Origin: Octopus vulgaris | Lineage: Eukaryota | Length of the DNA stretch: 64,000 nucleotides | Assembly (NCBI GenBank): GCA_951406725.2 | Contig: OX597829.1 | Location: 38,254,001 to 38,318,000, forward strand | Reading direction: 5' to 3' | Shown: positions 15,891-30,961 of the stretch, piece after piece | Numbering within the stretch: the first letter of the stretch is position 1 | Layout: each line of letters begins with the position of its first letter | Notes under the pieces: model-generated | What the model was told of the DNA's origin: nothing | The model's input: the letters and a program-made list of their open reading frames with translations, nothing else | Databases searched by the model: none | Translations under genes and position numbers: made by a program

Positions 15891-16441
<551 letters not shown>

Positions 16442-17164
16442 ATATATATATGTGTGATTGTGTGTGTGTGTACTAGCTGTTGCTCGTATTTTCCGTGTTG
16501 ATCTTGTATTAGAATCTTCCACGTTCCCCGTGCCAACTATTACCCATCAAGATGTTATATCTGGTTCGGCATGGATTTTACCTGGTTACTCCTACATACT
16601 GGACGGTCTGAAATCACAGTCAAACTTTTGAGAGTACCTCGACCCGTTGAGAGTGATTTTTGTTTATTTCTATCCCCTTAATGCCACCCTCTGTACACAA
16701 TTGATCAGTGTGTCCAATCTTAGCAAAATCTGAAGAACAGTGTGAAGGTTATGCCATAAAAGAAAATCCATGCGACTAATTACATGAAAATATCCCACTG
16801 GTTTTTAAATCCCTATACATTATATGAATAATCGATGTTTCATATGCGAAGTGCTTAATTTTACTCTACTCATGGCCCGCTTTTTTGCCAGTTGCAAGGA
16901 ATATATCTAATAGATAAAAACTGGTCTATCCAATTGTGTTATATCGTTAAACTTACTGGCAATTTAAGCAATGTGTTCGTAGTTGGTTAATGGGTTGGAT
17001 GTGATGTTGAAGAAGAAGCAATAACTGCCAAAATATGCATTGACGTCCATCACCTATTTAAAAACTTTTCGATCGCATTACTTACATAGACGTATTCGTA
17101 TATAAAATGTCGTAATTTCCAGTGCTGGCCCTAAACCCTATAGAAGATCTGTAAAGATAAATTT

Positions 17165-17262
<98 letters not shown>

Positions 17263-17320
17263 CACAAATACTGTATATATCTATATCTGTATATCCGTAT
17301 ATATACACAGAAATATATAT

Positions 17321-17800
17321 CTCTATATATATAAACGGCAGTTTGTCTGTCAGGTTGTACCCTCACCCTGACCACGGCTTTCAACCGATTCTGATGAAAC
17401 TTGACACACACATAGCCCAATGTCATAATTCAAAACTAACGCAGCGAAAACTTTGAAAAGTTCCCCCAGATCTGAAAAAAAATCGATAAATTCGACATGG
17501 GTCGAGAATCTAAGCTTTTTATATGCAACACATTTTCTACAGACCGTCTAGGGGACGCAACTCGACCTTTTTAACTCTCGGAACACGTGGGGTAAGTATC
17601 CCAAAATGTATAAAAATGTACAAAAACGGCAAAAAAGCGGGCAGCAATGTGAGTGACAACAACGAAAAAGTCAAAAGTGACCAAACTGAACAAACGAATG
17701 AAAAAGGTTTTTTGGTGCACACGACAAAAGCGGTTTATAATAAACCAAGAGTTTGCAAGTAGCGTCCGAGGACCCTTAGGGTACGTCAAAAATTTAAGGT
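17321..17800 (+). mobile_element. Possible non-autonomous Helitron/Helentron-like element, 5' part
   Basis: Starts TCTATATATATAAA, then a (TGTC)-like stretch and CCGATTCTGATGAAACTTG, resembling DINE-1/HINE-type 5' cores. No 3' hairpin-CTAG was located. Confidence 0.4.
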
Positions 17801-18637
17801 AAAACGTTTGGGATGGTAGTTATAAAGAAAGTGTAAACAAAAAAAGTATTCGAATAACTTGAGGCTGCAGCAGCTATTAGCAGAAGTGGCGATGTTGGGA
17901 GTAAAGTCTCGAATGTAATTTCTTCCTGTTAAGAATTGGTTGGGTTGAATTATCGATAGCTGTTTGATAGTTATTTGGGAGTGAAGAGAAGAAATTGCAA
18001 CCTACACATGCGTCTTCGTTCCCTAGAGGGAAAGGACTAGATTGGGATTAGTCGTTGCCTACTAGGGGCTCTTACATACGCATGTGCATATCCATCTTCT
18101 CTGTATATATGAAGTGCCTAAATAAATATATACTTATCTCTCTCCCGGTCTCTCTCTCCCAGTCTCTCTTTCCCTCTGTCGCTTTCTATGTTTTCACATA
18201 CACACACACACACAGACATATATATATTTACATATATATATAGATATTTATATATATAAATACATATAAATATTTATATGTATTTATATGTATTTATATG
18301 TATATTTATATGTATTTATATGTATGTAAACGTCGACTTTGCCTTTCATCCTTTCGGGGTTGATAAATAAAGTACCAGTTTCGCACTGGGGTCGATGTAA
18401 TCGACTTAATCCCTTTGTCTGTCCTTGTTTAGTCCCTTGTGGGTGTAAAGAAGTATATATATATATATATAAATAAATAAATAATATAAATATAAGAGAG
18501 TGGTCACTATATTGCTCACTCTAGCACCAGTTAATCCAAAAGGTTTCAACCACGAAAATACATGTTTCCCATGAAAGTCAGTACGATTGTTAGCTCACAC
18601 GGACAGGGCAAATAAAAAATAACAAAAATACAGATTA

Positions 18638-18719
18638 TTTTGGGACAATTGTTTCGCTATTAATGAATTAAATGTAATTTTACTTACAAAAAAATCCATT
18701 TGTAGCTCGTCAGCCAAAA
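18638..18719 (-). ncRNA. Type I hammerhead ribozyme, copy 1
   Basis: Minus strand reads TTTTGG CTGACGA GCTA-[long loop]-TAGC GAAA CAATTG TC CCAAAA, with a canonical core, palindromic stem III and a GUC site. Confidence 0.85.
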
Positions 18720-19172
18720 CTATCTGGATGAAATCCACTCAATCACACGCCAGATTTTACCATAACGATAAATACGCGTGTGGTTCAATTGATTACATCC
18801 GACGTTATAATTCAAATGCCCCAACCAACAGCGCGCCAAACTTTCACGGAAAACAAATACAGCATTTAGAAATAAATGCAGCATAATTATAATGAATTAA
18901 TAAGGGTGAGAGAATTAGATACTAATTTAATAGTATATTTATTCAACACCAAGTGGCCTAGTGCTCCGAGAAACCTGGATTATTATAATATTTTATAACA
19001 TATTATAATATTTTTACAAAATAAATATAAGAGAGTGGTCACTATATTGCTCACTCTAGCACCAGTTAATCCAAAAGGTTTCAACCACGAAAATACATGT
19101 TTCCCATGAAAGTCAGTACGATTGTTAGCTCACACGGACAGGGCAAATAAAAAATAACAAAAATACAGATTA

Positions 19173-19255
19173 TTTTGGGACAATTGTTTCGCTATTAATG
19201 AATTAAATGTAATTTTACTTACAAAAAAAATCCATTTGTAGCTCGTCAGCCAAAA
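19173..19255 (-). ncRNA. Type I hammerhead ribozyme, copy 2
   Basis: Same as copy 1 except for homopolymer length in loop II. Confidence 0.85.
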
Positions 19256-19708
19256 CTATCTGGATGAAATCCACTCAATCACACGCCAGATTTTACCATA
19301 ACGATAAATACGCGTGTGGTTCAATTGATTACATCCGACGTTATAATTCAAATGCCCCAACCAACAGCGCGCCAAACTTTCACGGAAAACAAATACAGCA
19401 TTTAGAAATAAATGCAGCATAATTATAATGAATTAATAAGGGTGAGAGAATTAGATACTAATTTAATAGTATATTTATTCAACACCAAGTGGCCTAGTGC
19501 TCCGAGAAACCTGGATTATTATAATATTTTATAACATATTATAATATTTTTACAAAATAAATATAAGAGAGTGGTCACTATATTGCTCACTCTAGCACCA
19601 GTTAATCCAAAAGGTTTCAACCACGAAAATACATGTTTCCCATGAAAGTCAGTACGATTGTTAGCTCACACGGACAGGGCAAATAAAAAATAACAAAAAT
19701 ACAGATTA

Positions 19709-19791
19709 TTTTGGGACAATTGTTTCGCTATTAATGAATTAAATGTAATTTTACTTACAAAAAAAATCCATTTGTAGCTCGTCAGCCAAAA
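19709..19791 (-). ncRNA. Type I hammerhead ribozyme, copy 3
   Basis: Same as copy 2. Confidence 0.85.
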
Positions 19792-20010
19792 CTATCTGGA
19801 TGAAATCCACTCAATCACACGCCAGATTTTACCATAACGATAAATACGCGTGTGGTTCAATTGATTACATCCGACGTTATAATTCAAATGCCCCAACCAA
19901 CAGCGCGCCAAACTTTCACGGAAAACAAATACAGCATTTAGAAATAAATGCAGCATAATTATAAATAAATATACTATTAAATTAGTATCTAATTCTCTCA
20001 CCCTTATTAA

Positions 20011-20133
<123 letters not shown>

Positions 20134-20483
20134 CATACATACATACATACATACATACATACGCACACACACATATATATTTACATATATATAAAGCTTT
20201 ATATATTTATACATATATCTGTATGTATACATACAGGTTTAGCAATATATATGTATACGTGTATGTCTCTGTATATGTTTCTTCCTCTTCACCGCTTGAC
20301 AACCGGTGTTAGTGTGTTTACGCCCCCGTAACTTAGCGGCAAAAGAGGCCGAGAGAATAAGCACTAGGTTTTTTTTTAAAAAAGGTACAGGAGTCGAATC
20401 TTCAAGGCGGTGTTCCAGCAGGGCCGCAGTCCAATGACTAAAACAAATAAAAGATAATAAAAGACACACTCACATACACACAT

Positions 20484-20902
20484 TACCTATTTCTTTACTA
20501 CACACAAGGGGCTAAACACAGAGAGGACAAACAAGGCCAGACAAACGGATTAAGTCGATTACATCGACCCCAGTGCGTAACTGGTACTTATTTAATCGAC
20601 CCCGAAAGGATGAAAGGCAAAGTCGACCTCGGCGGAATTTGAACTCAGAACGCAGCGGCAGCCGAAATGCTTATTTCTTTACTACCCTCAAGGGGCTAAA
20701 CATAGAGGGGACAAACAAGGAGAGACATAGGTATTAAGCCGATTACATCAACCCCAGTGCGTAACTGGTACTTATTTAATCGACCCCGAAAGGATGAAAG
20801 GCAAAGTCGACCTCGGCGGAATTTGAACTCAGAACGTAGCGGCAGACGAAATACCGCTACGCATTTCGCCCGGCGTGCTAACGTTTCTGCCAACTTGCCG
20901 CC

Positions 20903-20903
<1 letters not shown>
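20484..20903 (-). mobile_element. SINE family A head-to-tail dimer (full copy plus 5'-truncated copy)
   Basis: tRNA-like head GGCGGC..GGCAGAAACGTTAGCACG, B-box GTTCAAATTCC, central GCCTTTCATCCTTTCGGGGTCGAT domain (Deu/Nin-like from memory) and tail GTAGTAAAGAAATA. Confidence 0.9.
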
Positions 20904-20940
<37 letters not shown>

Positions 20941-21311
20941 TACCTTTTACCTGTTTCGGTCATTTGACTCCCACTCATAGCTGTACGTATGCGTAGGTGT
21001 GGACCGGTGTGTGTGGGTGGATGCTTTGATTACGCCTCTGTTAGTAACAACAAGAAAACATTATTCATAGCAGAATGCAGTAAAAATATCGTCATCAGGC
21101 ACGACAAGCGTGATAATGTCTCTATCATATGGCTGTGATGTTTGTGTATATTTTTATTTTTGGCTTCACTGTTTACGTAGCTTCTATGGATGTTTGTCTA
21201 CATCATCTGCATCATACATTAATGTGAATACGCACTCGATACACGCACACAACACACATACATTGCTATAATATAAGATAATATAATATAGTACATCTAT
21301 ATATAGTCTAC

Positions 21312-21408
<97 letters not shown>

Positions 21409-21552
21409 ATCTGTATATATGTATGTATGTATGCATGTATGTATGTATGAATGTATGTATGTATGTATGAATGTATATATACATACATACATACATACAT
21501 ACATACATCCATCCATACATACATACATAAATATATAGAGATGATATATATA

Positions 21553-21693
<141 letters not shown>

Positions 21694-21713
21694 GTACATA
21701 CACACATATATAT

Positions 21714-22125
21714 AGGCGCGGACCTGGCTGCGTGGTAAATAGCTTGCTTGCCAACCACATGGTTCCGGGTTCAGTCCCACTGCGTGCCACCTTGGGCATG
21801 TGCCTTCTGCTATAGCCTCGGGCCAACTAAAGCCTTGTCAGTTCATTTGGAAACTGAAAGAAGCCTATTGTGTATATATACATATATATGTGTATGTGTG
21901 TGCTCGTGTGTGTATGTGTGTGTGTGTGTACTCGTGTGTGTGTGTACTCGTGTGTGTGTGTGCTCGTGTGTGTGTGCGTGCGTATATGCTTGTGTGTTTG
22001 TTTGACAACCGATGTTAGTGTGTTTACGCCCCATAACTTAGAGATTCGACAAAAGAGATCGATAGAATAAGTACTAGGCTTACAAAGAATAAGTCTTGGG
22101 GTCGCAGTCGGGTGACTGAAAAAAA
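21714..22125 (+). mobile_element. SINE family B, near full length
   Basis: ggcgcggacctggctgcgtggt...ggttcagtcccactgcgtgccaccttgggca, internal (TG)n and the standard tail. Confidence 0.85.
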
Positions 22126-22749
22126 TAAAATATTATACATACATCCGACACATATATCGATTACTTACATATGTACGTAGATACCTATGAGCTGTATGTA
22201 TTTCCCCCGCCAAAAGAAAAAATTAAAATAAATTGAAAAACTTAAAATATATTCAACTTGATAAAAAATAAACATATATTATTACAGATATAGAAACATA
22301 TATATTATGCATGTTTATATGTGTTTGTATATACCTATGGAAATACTTGTATGTACACACACACACACACACACATGTACACATTTTAATACTCCCACGC
22401 ACTGTGATACACTCACGCATGTTCTTATATTAAGCGATATATTTATGTAATATACTACAGGTATAAATACATTTTAAATCTTCATACGTATTAATATATG
22501 TCGTAAAGTTTTTTCCACTACTCAGTTTTTCTCTCTTAGACTCTCACTCTCCCTCTCTCATTCAGTTTGAATTTTAATTGTTCTATCATTATTTCTGTCT
22601 CTCTCAAACACTCACCAGAGATCAATCGTTATCAAACACCCACCTACTTGTTTGCGGGTATGCGCACTCCTCCGCATATATATACTCAAAATAAGCAACA
22701 AGAATAACTTCGCTAATTTGGTACGATCGTTTCGCACTACATCATTTCA

Positions 22750-23030
22750 CATACATACATACATACATACATACATACATACATACATACATACATACAT
22801 ACATACATACATACATACATACATACATACATACATACATACATACATACATACATACATACATACATACATACATACATACATACATACATACATACAT
22901 ACATACATACATACATACATACATACATACATACATACATACATACATACAATACAATACAATACAATACAATACAATACAATACAATACAATACAATAC
23001 AATACAATACAATACAATACATATATATAT
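22750..23030. repeat. (TACA)n then (TACAA)n microsatellite
   Basis: Seen directly. Confidence 0.95.
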
Positions 23031-23675
<645 letters not shown>

Positions 23676-24089
23676 CACATACGCACACACACACACACCT
23701 CCCACACACGCAAACGTATATATATGAACTTTAGATTAGTTAAATAAATTCTCTCTTATGGTAAAAGGAATAAAAATACCACATCTAACTTGCACATCCC
23801 TCTAGCGGATTCCCAGACGCTCGTTTCTGGCACTTTAGTCTTCTTCCTCGGTGGAAAATAACGCAGAAAGATAACCCTGAGCAGATTTAAAACTGTTGGT
23901 TTAACTAAAAAAGCAGTCAACATTAGTGGCTGAGTTGCGCTAGTGGACTAAAGTTATTTGATTCTCTCCCTGAAGAATTTCTAATAGGAGATATCTTCCT
24001 TGAGTCTTCTACATGTACGTTGTTGAAACTCCTGTTAGCACATATAATGATGAATAAATAATATTTAAGAATTTTCTAATTTCCTGTTT

Positions 24090-24145
<56 letters not shown>

Positions 24146-24147
<2 letters not shown>

Positions 24148-24893
24148 GGAGAGTTTACGAAAAAAACAAAAGACGAAGACAGGTGGTGTACAAAACAAAC
24201 AGATGTATTAGTATAACGCTCAGGAAGAGAAAAAGTATTTTACGTTTCGAGCCTACGCTCTTCTACAGAAAGGGACACAGAAAAAAAAAAAACAAGGAGA
24301 GAAGCAAGGAGAGAAAAATGTGTGTAGTGGCTAACGATCTATCATGGCGACTGACTTCGGGTACCCCACCTCTCCCTTAACCTTCAGCCTAACCCACACC
24401 CCACCCGTGCTTTCTACACTCTCGCCTCCCCACCTCCCAACACCATCCCACCATACTACACCATACCACACAACACATTCACATCACAAAACACCACCAC
24501 GCACACACAAGCTCTGACCAATTCCCATCTCCACATTTTCACACCTACACATACACACACGCACACGTCAAGAGCACCAGCCCTCTTTCACACGTACATA
24601 CGTACTCTCTTACACACAGGTGCACCTTCATTTTGGGATCGCTACTGCTTCTTTATCTCCCCTACTTCTTAGCTCTCCTGTGTGACCCTTCTGTCTGGCA
24701 TTCGCCATGATAGATCGGTAGCTACTACACACAATTTTTTCTCTCCTTGTTTCTTTCTGTGTTCCTTTCTGTGGAAGAGCGTAGGCTCGAAACGTTAAAG
24801 ACATTTTCACTTCCCGAGCGTTATACTAATACATCTGTTTATTTTCTACACCACCTGTCTTCGTCTTTTGTTTTTTTCGTGAATTCCGCCCCC
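24146..24893. mobile_element. Penelope-like element with ~200-bp inverted arms, each carrying a hammerhead-like motif
   Basis: Arms at 24146-24349 and 24702-24893 enclose a C-rich spacer. Motifs lie at 24238-24271 (-) and 24765-24800 (+). (TA)n flanks both ends. Confidence 0.75.
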
Positions 24894-25024
<131 letters not shown>

Positions 25025-25217
25025 CAGGTGGTGTAGAAAACAAACAGATATATTAGTGAGGTATACTTGCCATCTCAATATGGCTAACCACTAAGGATGG
25101 GTGTTACTGTAGCTTGTAGCCCCAGGAGAACATCGTCTCCAGCTTTAGGCACACTTTCTGTGCCCTTAGGGTATTTGCAAAGGGAGGTCACCCTTCCCTC
25201 GTCAACCTAAGTGATAC

Positions 25218-25260
25218 GCACGGACTGCAGTTTCTAGGTTTTGACCTGTCATCAGCGTAC
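25218..25260 (-). ncRNA. Type I hammerhead motif in a Penelope-like fragment (about 25060-25340)
   Basis: Minus strand reads GTACG CTGATGA CAGG-TCAAAA-CCTA GAAA CTGCAG TC CGTGC, with a palindromic stem III. The first stem II pair is a C-A mismatch. Confidence 0.7.
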
Positions 25261-25352
25261 GACAATCACCGGATTTCGATGAAAAGGTGTTTCAATGCAA
25301 ATCCTTAAATCGTTTTTCCAGTAACGTTTCGTCACTGATCTCGAAAAACTGT

Positions 25353-25618
25353 ATGGTCTTTTCCGTAGGCTTTTCTTTCCATGGATAAACCTTATCTGCT
25401 CCCCCCTTTACACTTTATATCATGACATTTCTGTGATACACGATCCTTATTGATCGTTTTTTCTTTTTCATTTTTTTCTTTTCTTTCCTTTTTTTCTTTC
25501 CCTTTTACGATCCCTTTTGATCGAAAGCCAGCCCCACATTTTTTCGCGCCCAAAAGAAAAGCTCTATTTTGTAATCTGGCCCATCTGTGTACAGCCCTGT
25601 GTGGCTAATAAAGAAACA
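25353..25618 (+). mobile_element. 3' UTR-only fragment of a Tx1-like element related to the downstream LINE
   Basis: tggtcttttccgtaggcttttctttccatggataaacct matches 30732ff, and agccctgtgtggctaataaa matches 30937ff. It is followed directly by (TATC)n. Confidence 0.75.
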
Positions 25619-25753
<135 letters not shown>

Positions 25754-25949
25754 GGACGTGCTGTTACTTCGGCTCCGAAGGTAATCGTTTATTTTGACTA
25801 TTTATAGCCCATATTTTGTGCACATTTTTGCAAATAAGGTGTGTAAGGCACCCAACTTTCTTTTGAGTGCTTTTCCAAGGGAGGTATTCGCCCCTAGGGG
25901 CAGTTTCAACCCCATTTCATTTCTGTAATTTTCTTCTCGACATTAGAAA

Positions 25950-27175
25950 ATGTCGAGAAATTTTATTGTAGAACGCTGTTCGCGTTCCTTTATGGACCAG
26001 CATTTTCCTAGTTTGGAAACGCTAGGAGAAGAAAAAAAGAACTCATGCACGCAAAGTGCAAACATGAATATCGTTGGAATGAACGCTGCAACCACGTGCG
26101 GTAACAGCCCTGTCACCACCACCACCACCACCACCACTAACAACAGCAACCACGAGACTACTACTGCTACCACCACCACCTCCACCACCACCACCAACAA
26201 CATAAATGATAAAAATAAAACTCACACGAAAACTATTGACAAAAACAACAGCAACAACAAGAACAACAATAAAAATGAACTATCTAATAGTGAAGATGTT
26301 AATATAACAGAATTAACAGCACCAACAAATTGCCAAGTGCGCTCTGGTATAGAAAAAACAAGAAAGGACAAATCAGAAAACAAATAAAAAACCCTTGTTG
26401 CCAACACTAACACCAACACATTCAATTATGGAACAATGCCAAGAAAAACAACAAACCAGCAAACAAACCCCAACAACATCACCAAGAAAAGAAACAGTAC
26501 CAACACAATCACCGTTGACGTCACAACCAATTCAACATGCTGAAACAACAAAAAATAGACCAACACCAACACCGAGGACGACAATTAAAAAGACAGAAAA
26601 CAGTGACGAGAAGACAAATTCTACCCCTAACACCACAACAACACAAACACCGCACAAAACATCAACAATTTCTACAAGCATACATATTAACGCAAATGCT
26701 TTGCCTTTACCCCCTTCTGATACGTCGGATGCCGAAAGTTCGACGGAATGGCAAATAGCCACAGGGGGTAAAAGGAAAAGATAAAAAAACCCCCACCAAA
26801 CAAGGAAGTAAAGCAGGGAGATATTTAACTCCGGACAGCATCCCCCTAGACAATCAAAAAATCAATGAATCCGCAATACCACACACACAACTAACTGCAA
26901 TAGACACAGACAATAAAAAATTAATGGATTACATTGCATCCAACACGGACATCTGTGAAGATGACTTTAAGACAAACAATCATCCGCACACCACACCACC
27001 GAAACACATCAGAATTTTACACATAACACAAGCACAACACCACATACTGAAAACAATATTTTCGAATGCGGTAGGCGGGTTTCAACGATACCTGTCGAAA
27101 AAACTATACAAACACCTCATCAAAAACAATACAAAAGAAGAAGAAAAAAATGAAACTTTTAAAATTAGTAAGTGA
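25950..27175 (+). pseudogene. Putative ORF1 of the Tx1-like element, frameshifted, T/N/K/P-rich low complexity
   Basis: Consecutive ORF pieces 25950-26387, 26395-26784 and 26924-27175 lie in three frames just upstream of ORF2. No recognisable domain, so the call is positional. Confidence 0.55.
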
Positions 27176-27231
27176 CCTCCCCTCTTGCCTCTTGTCTCTT
27201 CTAATGTAGTGAGTAAAACAAATTTTCGTAA

Positions 27232-30200
27232 ATGTCAAGTATGCTTAAATTAGGTTGTGTGAATGCGCGTGGCTTGGCGTCGGCTTGGAAGCAAGGTTAC
27301 CTTCTAAACGAAATCAAGTCACTGAACGTGGATATAGTAGCTATCAGTGAAACCAGACTCAGTAAGCCGCGGGCCCTCGCGTCCATGTTTGGCGATCAAT
27401 TCGACATTTATTTTTCTCCCTGTCTGCCGAACATGGGGGTGGAGGTACCGCGGTGCTTTTTCGAAAGAGTCTAAATGTAAAAGTAAGAGTAATATTCCTA
27501 GACCCGGAGGGTAGGCTGGTTGTCTTGGACGTGGATGGCAGAAATGGGTATGCATTCCGTCTGATGGCAGTTTATGCACCGTCCTTAACGGGTCGGGCGG
27601 ATTTCTTCAGACGTCTAGAGGTTTTCCTGGGTACGTCGAGACCTTTACTGTTAGTAGGGGATTAGAACGCTACCTTGGACACGCATCTAGATTATGTGGG
27701 AAGGGATAGGAATAGAAGGGGGTGTAAGAGCCTCAAAGACCTGCTCAGACGTTTCCATTTGTCTGACAGGTTCCGACTCGACCATCTGAACGTGCCAACG
27801 TGGACTTGGACAAACCACGTCGGATCGTCGAGATCTTATCTAGATAGAATTCTATGCAGGACAGCGGATAGGGATAGTGTAGGATGTCCACAATTTAAAA
27901 TAGTCAGCTACACAGATCACAAATTTGTTACGTGTACGCTCGACTTAGATAAAACACATAGGCAGGGTCCCGGTTACTGGAAACTGAACACGTCGCTGTT
28001 AGCGCGACAGGTTTACAGGAACCGGATTAGCGAGTTAATTAAGAGGGCGCTGACGGGAGCCGCAGTTAACAACCGCTGGTGGTACGCCCTGAAAATGGCA
28101 ATAAAATCGGAATCAATGAGGTTTAGCAAGGAATTAGCGATAGAACGAAATAGAGTAGAGGGAGACTTGGTTAAGAAACTAGAAGAGGCACTTACCACTG
28201 GCAGCGCAACCAACGTGCTGGCTGCGAGGATGGCCCTCGACCAACACCTCAACGCCAAGCACGAAGGTTGCGTCGTCAGAGCTAAAATGCGTGCCTTAAG
28301 GAACGAAGGGATCGAAGCTGCGCGAGAGGCCCGGGTAGCGGAGGCGCAGCGTGGCAACAGAGCCACCATTCGGTCTCTAATAGATCAACAGGGACGCATT
28401 TTACTCGAACCCGAAAGGATGTGTGAGGCCTTTCAACAGCACTTTGCTCGACTGTTTGGTGCGAGTGGTGGGTCGGAACGCGGGATGGATTTCAGTGCCT
28501 ACCTGACCGACCTGCCGCGGCTCTCGGCAAGAGAAGCGGAGTGTTGTGAAAGTCCCATCACAGCCGCTGACGTGCAGGATGCGATGGCGGGCTGCGCGAG
28601 GGATAAGTCGCCTGGATTGGATGGTTTACCCTACGAGCTGTATTGTGAAATGCCAGACTTGTTTGGCGACCTCTTGGCATCAGTCTACTGCAACTGGCAA
28701 CAAAACGGGAGAATCCCCGGTTTCGTGAGCCGAGGTGCTGTGACGTTGCTGAAGAAAGACCCAAACAAGGGGAATTTTATAGATAATTTCAGGCCCATCA
28801 CTCTGCTCAACGCAGATTTGAAAATTTTGGCCAAAGTAATAGCCGAGAGGTTGGCGCTTGTCATTGGCGCAAACATGCGCCGTGCCGGCCAGAACCATAC
28901 ATGACAACCTCCATCTGATGCGCTACATTGTGGACAGGGTAGTTAAGGATCCTGGCATGGGTGGGGCGCTGATAAATTTGGATCAGTCTAAAGCCTTCGA
29001 TAGGGTCGACCATCGGTACTTGGCGGCCGTCCTCAGGGCGGCTGGCTTCGGTCCCGTCTTCCGCGTTTGGATCGCTGCCTTGTATAGCGGCATCCGATCG
29101 GTGATTCGGGTGAACGGTCACCTGTCGAAACCGTTTGACATCACGCGTTCGGTCCGTCAGGGGTGTCCCCTGTCGGCGCTTCTGTATGTATTGACTCTCG
29201 AGCCGCTACTGCGGAAGCTGGCGACACTGAGGGGCATCCCACGGGAACTGGGTTGCCGGACGAGCGTGTCGGCATATGCGGACGATGTCACCGTCATAAT
29301 GTCGAGCGACAAACACATCAAGATGATAGGCGAGACACTAAGAAAATACGAAACGGTGCCTGGAGCGAAGATTAACCCGGAAAAGTCAGTGGGTTTGCTA
29401 CTCGGCACCTGGAGAAGCAAGCCCATGCCGTCCGACTGCGGCTCAGTAGTGGGACGCTGGACGGACGGACCGGTTAAATTGCTCGGGGTCTGGTTCAGTC
29501 CGGACCTCCAAATGGATAAGAACTGGGACGAGATCACGAGTAGAGTGGTCGCTCTCAGCCAAACATGGGCCGAGAGAAAGCTGTCTCTAAAAGGCCGGGC
29601 GGAGGTGGCGAACGCGTACATCGCATCCGTCATCGATTACCGCCTGACCGTCGTACCTTGTCCCGACGCCACCATCACCAAACTGGAACGCATACTCTTC
29701 CGCTTCCTGTGGAAGGGTGGCGTTCCAATGGTGAGGAAGTCCATTTGCTGTCAACATCCGTTGAATGGAGGACTGGGCATGCCGTGGTTGATGATGTGCA
29801 GGCATGCGCTGAGACTGCGACATCTCTGAAACTTCATCGACGACGGTGAACAGGTGTGGGCGCCGTTTGTGATGCGCGACTTCCCGCAGCTCGTCTCACT
29901 GACCGAACTGCAAACGTGGATCAAAAAGAGACCGAAACTGGGCGATTGGTACCGAGAGTGTCGCCAAGCTCTACAGCAGCTCTGCAGACCGGGGTCAAAC
30001 TTGTGCAACTTACAAACGACTAAAGCGTTCTATAGAGGACTAGTGGAGGGGAGGTCCGACGACACACTCGGGGCAAACCTGGGCGTCGACGAGAAATTCC
30101 TAACCCGCCTGTTCAGGACGACGTTCGGGCCGGGGCCTATGGATAACTTCCAGAAATCCCTAGCTTGGCAGTGCTATCGAGACGCACTACCTGTTCGAGA

Positions 30201-30663
30201 GAAGAGCTACAGACAAGGTTCGAAAACCATCACCGGACCGACCTGCCCGAGATGCGGTCAGAGCGACGAAACCGTTCTGCACGCACTCGTGCAGTGTCCA
30301 GATATTTCAGAGCTGTGGTCCTTCGTCGAACAGCTGTTGTCACGTGTTGGTCGGGCTCGCCTATCGGCCGAGTCTATCGTGAATATTGTTCCACCACCTT
30401 CCTTTAAACGGGAATGGAAAACGGTTTTCGTTACGCTGATGGCTATGGCGAAAGAATGTGTGTGGTGGACGCGTTTGAAAGGACTGCAAACAAACACCTT
30501 CCTCTCTGGTCAGTCTCTCGTCAACTTTTTCAAGTACCACTTGAAAAGGAGGATGAGAATAGAGAGGAAGGCTTTGTCGAACGAATGTTTTAATAAAAAG
30601 TGGGTAAAAGTGGCAAAAATGGTCGGTATGAAAGACGACACTATTTTAAGCATAAATCTGTAA
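27232..30663 (+). pseudogene. ORF2 of the Tx1-like LINE: APE endonuclease, reverse transcriptase, C-terminal CCHC finger; four lesions
   Basis: APE motifs NARGL, SETR, VYAP, GD*N, SYLDRI, YTDH. RT motifs KSPGLDG, FRPITLLNADLKILAK, LDQSKAFDRVDH, RQGCPLS, YADD. Finger CPRC..HALVQC. Lesions are frameshifts near 27440 and 28865 and stops at 27663 and 29827. Confidence 0.95.
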
Positions 30664-30961
30664 CCAAAAGAGACAACGAGAAGTAAGGCGACTTACTCAT
30701 GTGTTCTTTTTCGAATTGTCTGTGGTGACCTTGGTCTTTTTTGTAGGTTTTTCTTTCCAAGGCTACACCTAAACTGTGAACATTTATATATATATATATA
30801 TATTGCTTTTTTATACACCACACAACCCACAGATCCCTATTGATCAAACGTTTTTGTTTTTTTTTGTGCCCCACCCATCCCACCTCGAAAAGGAAAGAAT
30901 TCTACATTGTATTTCGTCCATTTTTATTCTGTGTTTAGCCCTGTGTGGCTACAATAAAAAG

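Noticed and set aside
16472-16770. Possible minus-strand Helitron (ACTAGCTGTTGC end)
   Set aside because: The terminal hairpin is too degenerate to support the call.
21313-21408. (TATC)n as another Tx1 insertion site
   Set aside because: No Tx1 3' UTR precedes it, so it is a plain microsatellite.
28013-30497. Antisense and alternate-frame ORFs inside LINE ORF2
   Set aside because: They are expected shadows of a GC-rich coding sequence.
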